Source of the DNA: Cenococcum geophilum
Taxonomy: Eukaryota
Assembly: GCA_050273025.1 (NCBI GenBank)
Contig: CP158636.1
Location: 11,470,001-11,534,000 of the forward strand
Reading direction: 5' to 3'
Length of the DNA: 64,000 nt
The notes beneath the pieces are model-generated. The model saw only the letters and a program-made list of their open reading frames with translations. It was not told the DNA's origin and ran no database searches. Of the stretch, positions 53,630 through 64,000 are shown piece after piece. The position numbers and the translations under genes are program-made. Each line of letters opens with the position of its first letter. Position 1 is the first letter of the stretch.

Positions 53630-54406
53630 GTCTGGGTTATTGAAAATGGTCTGGTAGCATAAAATATGGAGTTATAGGAGTCAGCTTCGAGTTATGATAT
53701 CCATGGGTAGACATATCTGGGGTTTTTGCGGCTGTTGAAAAGCATGAAATTGTTTCTGTGCTTAACGAATCTAGGAGCACCCAGGTGTCCCAAATTATCC
53801 TATAGTGGAATACTCTAAATTCTTCTATGATATACAGGTGGCCTGCACTGCTTCAGTTGCGATTTGTTTCATTTTAGGCGAGCTCCGCAAGTACTTCAGA
53901 ATACTATACCTAGATCACAAGTAAATTAAAGCTCCATAAGCCTTCAATGAAATACTTTCAAGTCTTGTTAAAAGTTATAAAGCCCTTCTCAAGGGCATGA
54001 CTAAGGTATAGCTGTCAAGGATTAAATGGCGCACGGTGCATTCAGTCAGCTGAAATCGACCTCCAAGATTAGGGTCGATCTACGAAGACATTTTAGAGAC
54101 TGAACAAAAACATATAGATAGTGGATATTCATCTGCACGGTTAGAAACGCGAGCTATGACCACATAATCAAGACGTGTACTAATTCTGCAATGCGGGCGG
54201 AGCTAGAGCTTTCGCGAATCCCATCCATTCCTCGCGTCCACCACCTTTCTCACCAAAACCTTCCCCACCAACCCACACAATGTAACATTTCCTCTACGCC
54301 TCACCAATTGAGTGAAACAACAACAATAGAGATCCGCAACCTTACCAGCTCGAGCACCCCAACGTACCATCCCATTACCACTACCACTCTCCCACCACCT
54401 CCCAAA

Positions 54407-56623
54407 ATGACGACGCCCACACCCTCCACAAACACGCCGCAGAAACACCTCGCCGCCTTCTCCTCGCCAGCGCCCCGCAGCGTGCCCAGCATGATGAACT
54501 TCGACTCACCGGCCGCGCTGGGGCTATCGCTGGAAGGCGGCGTGGGCATGGGGATCAGCATGAGCGGCATGAGCGGGCTGGGCGGGCTGGGGCTAGCGGG
54601 CAGCTCGATGGGCGGGCGTGCGGACGACGAGGAGAGGCGGCGGCGGCTGGAGGCCGTGATTGCGACGGTCGGGGCGCGCCCGGGCAGGGTGAGCCAGGAG
54701 GGCGTGCGGAGCCTGTGTCAGCGGTGTGGGCTGGGACTTGCTTATATGCCGGGCGAGCAGGGCGAGGGGAAGAAGAGCATGGGGATTGCGGGGAAGGGCA
54801 TTGTGCTTGATGTGAGTCTGTCGGCCTGCTTGCGCAAGCTGAAGGCGTGTTAGGCGGGGGGTAGTTGCTAAGTTGCCTGCAGATTGACTGGGCTTCCGAT
54901 ACCGTGGAGCGCATCGCGGTGGACATACCATCCGGCAAATCCGTCACGGCGTTCTCGACCTCGGCCGCGAAGATGCTGCAGGACGACCTGACGCCTCCGC
55001 CGGGCGTGGCCAGCATAAACCTGACGCTGGACCGGTTCGCGCACAACCTGGAGCGGCTGGCGCGAATGGACCGGCTGAGCACGCCCGAAGTGAACTGCTT
55101 CGAGGCCATCTCGGGCGTCTACACCAGCCTACGCCGGCTGTTCGAGCACGAGAAGAAGGCCGCGCTGGCCCTCTTCGATGCCGCCTCATCCTCCTCCCCG
55201 ACCGCCGCCGCCAACGAGAAGGCCGAGCGCGAGGTCCTGTGCAAGAAGAGCGGCCGCCCCCGCATGAACGCCGGCAAGTGCGTTGGCCTCGCCCTCGAAT
55301 ACTGGATGGACCGCCGCCACATCCTGCCGCCGCCTTCGAAACCCGCCCAGAAGACTGCCCCGGGCACGCCCGCGTCGACGCGCATGGACATCGACAGCGA
55401 CGCCTCGGAGGATCTCGCGGACGCGGACGCGGACGTGAATAGGATCTACTCGCTGACCATCGAGTGCGAGTCCTCGCCCGCGGGGCTCTACCCCTCAATG
55501 CGCATCTCGGACGCCTGGATCTCGCCGCAGATCGAGAAGCCCGCCTCCGACCCCTCCAGCATCTTCGACGGCGGGCCCAGCATCGACTGGCTCGAGCCAC
55601 CGCCGACCTACATCCCGTCGACCGGGCCCGAGGCGCACGACCCGGACGACGACGCGATGAACCTCGGCGCCGATGCGACTGCGGGCGTGGGCCGCCTGCC
55701 CAACATCCGCTTCATCGCGAAGCTGAGCCCGCCGCTGGTGGTGCCGCTGTCCGTGGCGGTCAATATCCTGCCGTCGATCCCGAGCGAGTCGATCCGGCCG
55801 ACGACGTTCGAGGGCTTGGCGCTGCGGCCCGGGGAGGCGGATCCGGGGGCGATGGGGCTGGCGGGGGAGACGCGCGAGATACGCAGCGAGCGGAGCGTGC
55901 TGGTTGTTGCTGGGAGAGATGGCCGGGGGGAGGAGGCGGAGGTGGAGCGGAGGCATGCGAACGCGCTGTTTGTGACCAAGACCGAGTATGCGCGCGTGCT
56001 GGACGAGGTGCCGTTTAGCCATCCGCGGCAGCTAGTGGAGATTCTCCCCGTAAGTGGTTTTTTATTCCCCTGACCTGTCTTCCTCCGAATCCACCCCTTC
56101 CCAGATCCTCCCCCCCCTGAAACCAACCCCCAAACTAACATCCCACCCCCTCGCGCAGACCCTCCGCCAATACGCCTTCCTCTCCTCCCTCCTAACCCGC
56201 GCCTTCTTCCCCGCCTCCCCCTCCGGCCCCTCCCCCTCCACCGCCCCAGCCCCCGCCCTCCCCATAGACCTAACCCTCCACTACTCCTCCACCCCCCCAC
56301 CGCACCTCACCCTCCTCCTCCCCCACCCCTCCACCCCGCTGCCCCTCTCTCCCCCCACCGCGCCATTCCTCCTCGCGCCCCCCTCCGTGGCTTCGAAACC
56401 CCCGCTCGTCGTCTCGGTCGCCGTGTTGCAGAATGCCGAGATTGTGGTTGCGGAGCAGAATGTTGCGTCGTCTGCTGCTGGTGCGTCTGCAGTGGGAGCG
56501 GGAGCGGGAGCGGCGGCGGCGGCGGCGGCAGCGCAGGAGGTGCAGCGGTTGGGGCGGGCGCTAGATTTGTGTGCGGATGTTGGGGTGTGGGCGGAGTGGG
56601 TCCGGGGGCGGGCTGCGGCTTAG
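54407..56623 (+). CDS. MED1: Mediator subunit 1 (fungal Med1), 3 exons
   Basis: FDSPAALG, DEERRRRLEAVI..GRVSQEGV, FAHNLERLARMDRLS...NCFEAISGVYTSL, SGRPRMN, PFSHPRQLVEILP|TLRQYA; introns ~54812..54882 and ~56050..56158. Confidence 0.85.
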
Positions 56624-57447
56624 GGTGCTTGGCTGGTTGGTTTGGGCGCTTTGGGCTGAGGGGTAGTGGGGCGGGTGGCTGGAGGGGTAGAGGGATGGAG
56701 CTGGGGAATGGAACGGCTTGTGGGTCGCTGCTTGTCTGTCTGGTCTGGTCTGGGGAACTAGCGGGCTTGGTTGAGGCTTGTCTCGTGGTTCGTTGCGACG
56801 AGGTCGTTTTGATGGGACGGTGTGGGACAGGACGGGCTTTTTGGGCTTGCTGGTGGAGAGCGAACATCTTTGATGCTCGGATGCTCTCACGGCGGTTTAC
56901 CACATCACACAATGCACGCATATACATCCCAATCCAGACTCTCGTTTCAATCCATCATTCTCTATGATTACATACATCGGGGGAGGATGATAGTAGTGCG
57001 GGAAGTAGTTGCCAAGTAAATGGGGTAGTAATGGTAATAGTGATAGTAGCAAGGGTAGTAGTAGTGGTGATCGTGGGTCGTGGGTCGTGGTAGAAGTAGT
57101 TTGTTGTAAACAGGTGGGAGAGGTGGGAGTAAGGAGGGAAACAACGACACACATTTCATTTATTTCAAAATAAAGAAAAAAGAGTCAACTCTCTAGCTGA
57201 CTCCAGCACTTGAAAAACAACTATGGTCGCCTTCCAAAAAAGAAGCTTTCCAGCAGCCGGAACAGAAGGGGTAGTTTCGTAGGCCCAAACATGCTAGGTC
57301 ATTCTATCGTTGCTCCATATTGTTCACGGGGTCTAGGGATTTGTGCGGGGTTTTATCAAGGGTAAGGATGTGGGGTGTTGAAAAGTGAGGGGTGTGGCGG
57401 GGGAGAGTGGGATGGAGAAGATCGCCGGTGGTGGGGGTTTGGGGAAT

Positions 57448-59165
57448 TTAGGACTTGGTGACGATGTTGTCCAGGATGGCAGATTCCGCCTCCCTGGCAT
57501 GGTTGGTCATGTCGGCACCCTCAACTTTGCCGCAGAGCTAGATAAAAGTCAGTAATTACGTTCAACATCTCATGGGAAATTTTTTTGGAATGGAACATAC
57601 AGTCTCAACGATAATACCAGTGATCTGGTATGGGTCAGCGTTGGATGCCGGGCGGCGATCCTCGAAGTAACCCTTGCCCTCCTCGGCGCAGGCACGGTTG
57701 ACGCGGACCGAAGCACCGCGGTTGGCAACACCCCAGGTGAACTTGTCGTACGATGCAGTCTCATGCTTGCCAGTCATACGCAGCTGGTTGTCCTCGCCGT
57801 AGACGGACATGTGCTCGGCTTGCCTCGAGGCCAGCTTCTCCATGGCTGCCTCAATGTGCTTCATGCCGCCTTCGGCACGCGTCTCCTTGGTTGATACGTT
57901 GGTGTGCAGACCGGCACCGTTCCAGTCACCGGGGATGGGCTTGGGTGCGAAAGTCACCTTGACGCCGAATTCTTCGGCTACACGGTGCAGAAGGAAGCGG
58001 GACATCCAGAGCTCGTCGCCCACTGCGATTGTGTTAGTTTTAGCGTTGAGAAAGATAATTTGGGCAACGTTGCACGGGTGAGCTTACAGTTGATGCCGGT
58101 GCAAGGGCCGACTTGGTACTCCCACTGAGCGGGCATGACCTCGGCGTTGGTGCCGGAGATGTTGATGCGAGCATACATGCAGGCCTTGTAGTGAGCCTCG
58201 ACAATGTCTCTGCAGAAGACCTTGCCAGTACCAACACCGCAGTAGTATGGGCCCTGAGGAGCGGGAAAGCCGTTCTTGGGCCAGCCATACGGCCAGCCGT
58301 AGAAGTCGAGAAGTGTGTATTCCTGCTCCAAACCGAACCAGAACTCGTGCTCCTTGTGTGCCTCCATGACGACGGCAGCGTCGTGGCGGAAGTTGTAGGC
58401 GTTGGGCTTGCCATCCGACATCCAGGTCTCGCACATGACGAGGATGTTGTCGCCGAGACGGAAGGGGTCTGGGTACATGGCAACGGGGCGGAGGTAGACA
58501 TCAGAGTTGTCACCTGGAGCCTGGCCGGTTGAGGAGCCGTCGAAATTCCATTCTGGGAGGTCCTTGATGCCCGAAGGCTTCTGCTTGAGGGTCTAAAAGC
58601 GGAAAGTGGCAAGTTAGCATGTAATCTTGCATGAGATTGGGCACGAGGATGTGCATGGGAATTGTGGACGATGGAGGGGTAGACCGCCATTCTGGTCGGG
58701 CATTGTGGCGCGGCTTGAATGGCATTAACCCCTCCTTATCACGGGCTGCATGATAAGCGGTGAATCCCACGACGAAGCTTCGCGATTGGCGCACCATCGG
58801 AACCATGAGCTCACCCCATTTCACAAGCTCACGACAAGGGGCAGCAGAACTGCAGAGAACGAAGAGGGGAGAAAACCACTGACCCTGCACTTGGAGCGGA
58901 GGCCGTTGGAACCGTCAATCCAGACGTACTCGGCGATGATGGCGCCCCTCTGGTCGAGCTTCAGGTATTTTTCAAGCTGTGGAAATGTTAATAAACTTCA
59001 AAAGTGGCTGCTTCAAGGCAAAACCCTCAAAAGCGGCTGCTTCGAGGCAAAACTCACATTGGCGGTGTTGGAGATGATGGTTGATTCGGCCTATGACTGG
59101 GAGTCAGCTCGCGTACTGCCGTCGATAGCCGTGTCACGTTTCCCATGTGAGATCAATCTTACCAT
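57448..59165 (-). CDS. GLN1: Glutamine synthetase (GSII), 6 exons; the first coding exon is the ATG only
   Basis: [88 protein letters not shown]. Confidence 0.97.
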
Positions 59166-59949
59166 GATTGCAGATGTTGTGGCTCTGGTTGTGTAAAGGG
59201 AGTTGGTGTGTCGAAGGGATGAAGGGTTGGAGGGAAAGGATGTGGGTCTGAGAAAGAACGGCGGGCGGTAGTGTTTAAGTAGTGCCCGGTGAAGGTGTGT
59301 GGTGTGTTGTTGACCGAGACAGCCTATCAGTGGCAGGGTGAAAGGTTGTATTTAGGCTGACTGTGGCCAAGAGCAGGCGTCGCCAAACTCAACCCGTGGG
59401 ATGAAGAAGCAATGCAGTCAATTAATTCCGCTGCATACAGCTGGGGGTCGACCCCCCCAAAGAAACCTGCATTGGATCCAATACGGTCGTTTGGACCGTT
59501 GGGATCGTTGGGACCGTTTGATATGCCGCCCAATAGCCAGCTGTGCATTTTCGTACCCGCCGCCTAAGGGCCGCTTTCTTTGTTTGAAACTGCTGATGCT
59601 ATCTACTACCATACCGAGCCAGGTCTCATGATGGTGAATACGGCAACAGCTCTGCATTCCCGCGAGGATTGACTGTCTAACTTCCCGTAGAGGTCTGTAT
59701 GAGGCCAATGCTGCTCACTCCTTGCATGCTGTCCCCGTCTCACCGCCAGAGAGAGGAGTGCCTGGCGCAGGGAATGCATTCCTCTCTTGTATCGCTGGGT
59801 GTACTATTACTTGCGCTCTGGATGGGCTGTCGTGGCCGGGGCGGGCAAGCTCGGTGCACCTGCATAAGACCACGAGTCAAGCCACCTCAATCGCCGGTAA
59901 AATCTTTCCGGGCCTGGCACCAAACGTCACTCCCAAATGCGGGCGCAGG

Positions 59950-59996
59950 CTGATAAGGCCAACGCCTTGGACTGATAAGGTCAACGCCTTGGACTG
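59950..59996. promoter_or_regulatory. Tandem 22-bp repeat, each unit with a GATAAG site, upstream of GLN1
   Basis: CTGATAAGGCCAACGCCTTGGA / CTGATAAGGTCAACGCCTTGGA. HGATAR is the AreA/NIT2 nitrogen-regulation motif. Confidence 0.55.
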
Positions 59997-62267
59997 CACA
60001 GAACCACGCGACCCTTCTACACTTATGGATGGCCCCAGGACTTCCCAGGATTTGCCACAACTTGAAGGAACATCCTCGCACGCGCTGCCTCGTTGCTTTT
60101 CCCAGTCGTCTGGTCGCTGCCGACGAGGTAAAAAAAAAAAAAAAAGGTCCTGTACGTGGTTGCACATTTCACCAACAGTGCTGATGAAAGATGCTGCGAA
60201 AATTTCCCCACGATCTTGCAGAGATTTCCGCCGCTAGCCATTTTTTCGCGCAGCTCGCCCCCACAAAATTTAGTCGGCGCTCTAAACTTAGTTCTCGGAT
60301 GCCAACATCGCCTCCCCACGGATTGGATAATTCGAATGTTCTCTCCAAGGCCGTGACGGTCTGGGGTGCAAAGAGTTGACGTGCTGTTACCCCAACGCAG
60401 CGCTAAACATGGCGCAGCCCTGGCTGTTTTCGGCCACTAGTGCACGCCGATCCAGGATCTCTTATCTTTGAGAGAAACATGTCCTGTCATTGGCTGTGGA
60501 TTGATGATGCCCCGTACGTAATTCGGCCCGCCACCGTCGGGACTTTTGACCTCGACGTGACATTTCCTTTCCTCCAGGTCGGAAGTCGTAAGACAATTCG
60601 CTTTTAATTCACTTGTTTGCGGTCAAGGACGGAGGGAAGGAAGGAGCAAGGGTGGGGAACGATGGGGGCAGAGGCTTTGCGATGAGGCTTATGGGGGCGC
60701 TGCATCAGACGAGATCACGCTAGTAGTGCAATTGGTTTAGCAACGCAAGATCGAATCCCACGTGCTTTGTGAGGCTTGCATTCAAAACTCCTTTCTCCGC
60801 TACATCAGAACAACTATACAATTATCTCAACTTGGATCGGCATATGACATGTTGTGTACCATACACAAAACCGAACACCCGCCCCCCCGATGGAATCTGA
60901 TCAGATAATCCGATTGTGCCAAATTATATGCTAGCCACCATTTCTCACCTGCACCAACCTTGGCTTGGTGGTAAGAGCCGTGTACCTGCAGGACGCAACT
61001 GACCGGGCGGGAGTCTGAGCGGTGAAACAGGGAAGGCGTCCTTCTGATAGGACGGTGGGTGAGGGCTCGGAGGCTCTGGGACGGCATGGCCAAGTAGTCG
61101 TGTCAGCCGGTTAGTATCCGAGCTAGGCGTAGCAGGAGTTACCACAGGGGTTAGTGGCCCTCAAGAAGGATACCGTGGAGCTGGAACAACCCTTGGCGTC
61201 TGTGGGTGAATTGTGGGGAGTTAGGTGCCCCAAGTGAGCAAGGTGTTGCGTCTCATGCACCTTCCATACCAACTATACTTTCCCGGTAAGTAGACGGTTC
61301 AAGAGCTGCTACTAATAAGCCTCCAGGGCTGAACTTCTCGGCTGGCCTGCACGCAATACGGAGAATAATGCCGAGTGGCTGGTCAGTGAAGGATCGTCCC
61401 GGCGAACTGACTTGCCTTAGCAGGGCTGCAGGGCCTTCCGCACATCGACACACTAGTGAGGGGTTTATGCCAGTAACCAGACTACGCCCGACAAGTTCGC
61501 CTGAGTTTTGAAGGGTGTAACCTCGACTGACAGCCTCACGTGACATCCGACTTCACCCAGTTTGCCATAGCCCAAGCAGTCCCAGGAACACATCCACTCG
61601 ATTTGAAATAATGTCTTCGGCCTGCAAGGCGTGTTTGCTGCTCGCTGCATCATTTGCTACGACACTCCTACTCTTTCTTTTATACCCTGTTTCCAGAGCA
61701 TTCGCTGCTGTTGTTCCGATCAACCGTACCAGATCAGTGGCCGATCAACAAGGTTGCCTGCAGCGGGAAGCGTGTGTACCATGCAGCAGCTTATCCTCTA
61801 ATTGGAATTATCATTCAGGCCTCAATCTTCCTTTCAATTCTGTTTTCGATGATGAGGTTGCCGGCCGGCCCGGTTGCCGCTGATAGGGTGAACTGAAACC
61901 TGCGAAGAGGAATCAGTCAGCCATCGTGAAACCTCAGATGGCTTGTTGCCCTCATAGTGATGCTCCGCAAACAATGCTCGGGTTGGAGGCGAATATAATG
62001 AAGGCATTGTTAAGCTGCGCTGGCACTACGGTGTAACACTCTTGAACCGGGCGCAATACTATTCTGTTTGCACAATGCTGTTCAGCTGGATAAATAGACA
62101 ACCATGGAGGGACTTACTGTAGCTCCCGTTCTCAAATCACAGCTGCCTCTACTTGTTCTGAATTCTTCAGCTACTTATTATAGCTGGGCAAAGAGTCACC
62201 GGAAAAGTAGCTGGATTTACAAAAGCCTTCGCAGCGACAGGAGGTGTTCAATCCGACCACAGTCAAC

Positions 62268-62653
62268 ATGTGCCACACCGAGCATGTCTTTCATAGGCCA
62301 TGTCGTCACTGGGGACGAGAGAGGTTCGTCGGAGAACCGTGTATACGCTCCCGGCTAGTCAATGGACGCCACACTGGATGTTCGTATCGGGAGAGCCTTG
62401 GGTCCACAAATAGTAACGACTACTGTTGCGATTGCAAATACCGTCAGGCAAAGGGTGGGTACTGGAGGCCCTTTGCGGATATTAGCAATGGTGGTTGGGC
62501 GCAAATCGAAAAGAAAGCGAAGCAAAGGGCCTCAAGCTCGGAGCACTCCCCTACGATCATGAAGGTAAGTGTCCGTTTCCTTTCCCAGATAAGAATAAAT
62601 CTTACTAATTCGGAAAGTAGACCGAAGATTGTCGTGGTTCAGTCAGAACGTGA
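62268..62653 (+). CDS. Small Cys/His-rich hypothetical protein, 2 exons
   Basis: MCHTEHVFHRPCRHWG...PC...GC...CCDC; phase-0 intron 62565..62620 (GTAAGT...CTAAT...TAG). Confidence 0.65.
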
Positions 62654-64000
62654 GATCGTGGTTGCCGTCCAGATACCACTGAGAGGGCCCTGAACAGCAT
62701 TTCAGAGATTTGGGACGGGTGAGTTGCCAAGCCCGGTCCAGCAAGTACAACGGTGTTACTTGCGGAACGCCGTCAGAGGTCCCTGCTCCATCTTCCGCAT
62801 ATTATACACGCCCGGCTTCCACTTGGCTTTGCCCATGCGAGGTATATTGATCGTCATTCTATGACTAGCCCTCCTCTTTGAGGTCGAAGAAAATGCCCGA
62901 GGCCGCCGCTGTTACTTTATGCAGGTTTAACACTCCGTTCGGACTGTGTCAGCAAAATGAATGGTGATAAATTGCCAGACCGGGGCAAAATCCTGAGAGA
63001 AATCTGGGTTACACGAACGGACGAGGCCCACAGACCAGGCGAGGCAGTCAGCACCCCTGCAGCTAATCTCGGCCTTGGAACGAACCAAATATACTCGTAT
63101 GAGTAGCACGTAAATGTCCTCTGGCTTTAGTAAAGCTGTGGTAGCTCTTAAGAATTTGTGAGAGGAAGTGCAGGCGTTACGGAAGGAGTTGCGGCAAGGT
63201 ACTTAGGACTTCGAATGTCTGACGATTCATCTTCGTAAAGCCACTCTCTAAATCCTAAGGATCGCGGGCTTATTAAAGTGGGATGAATATCAAGTGAGCG
63301 TTGTAGGGGAAAGTTTCGTAGAAATGACCATCAGCCATTTTGCTTGTCAGCTGATTAGGTCTTCGGCGTGATTGGATAATGCGAGACGCAGCATAAATCG
63401 ATAAAACAAGCTCCAGAGACACAGAATTTGCGATGATCGAACGTTGACGACGGTGACGAAGCGTGATGTACGAGAAAGGAGCCAAAGCATAAGAGGCTTC
63501 CTGAATGAGAACCAATATATTGCTTTTTCGGAGAATTCATTGCGATCTATGAAGATATGAACCTAGCGAGATACGCTAGAAAGTAGACGTCCGGCGCGAA
63601 CCAACCCCTATCCGCTTATGTCAGTCGGGGAGTCAAATGCTCATTAAGTGACATCCACTTTAACGCCGTGTCCTAGGTATTATAGCCTTCTGTAAGAGCT
63701 CGGTCAAGTCGGCGGTTTTCTTCTCTCAAGACGAATCGGAGAAGCGGCAGGGCTTCACATGCATATCTGAAACCTGTAAGCGTGTCAACTCTGCACGACC
63801 GTCAGCCTCACGGTGGCGTAGCCATAGTGTTCACTCGGTATGGAGGCATTGTAGAGAATATTTTAGCAACAGAACTTGCCACTGGCAGGTCCCAATAGTA
63901 AAACAAATCGCGCAAGCACAGGCTGGACACTGTACCCCAGTAGACCCAGTAGCCAAGGGCCGACTCAACTTTGCGAGTCAAGACGATGGTCCGGGGAAAA

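Noticed and set aside
54555..56967. Many long antisense and overlapping ORFs over MED1
   Set aside because: Shadow ORFs caused by high GC content.
59300..62200. Telomerase RNA in the long intergenic region
   Set aside because: No CCCTAA-type template seen on either strand.
1..64000. CRISPR arrays, tRNA and rRNA genes
   Set aside because: None recognised; the repeats present are TE-derived or minisatellites.

Overview
Gene-dense eukaryotic DNA from a filamentous ascomycete (Pezizomycotina; inferred from short GT-AG introns with CTRAC/CTAAT branch points, HET-domain genes and RIP-like mutations). About 25 protein genes are supported, mostly housekeeping: SPB4, DGK1, mitochondrial SerRS, TLC-domain, NDUFA12/NDUFAF2-like, calponin-homology, NmrA-like, U1C, RACK1/CPC2 with an intronic U24 snoRNA, ECH1-like, isochorismatase-AlkB-GST fusion, SRAP/HMCES, MGR3-like, TFB5, GFA, MED1 and GLN1. 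Accessory material includes three HET loci at different stages of decay, a bacterial-type MgtA Mg2+ P-type ATPase, a hAT transposon relic and three MITE-like elements. The top finding is in the U1 snRNP C gene. Its conserved N-terminus (MPKFFCDYC) is best rebuilt through a 53-nt U2-type AT-AC intron (ATAAGT...TAC) followed by a 6-nt micro-exon, and four of its five donor sites are non-consensus, which suggests a splicing-based autoregulatory circuit. All annotation was done by eye from the sequence; no searches were run.
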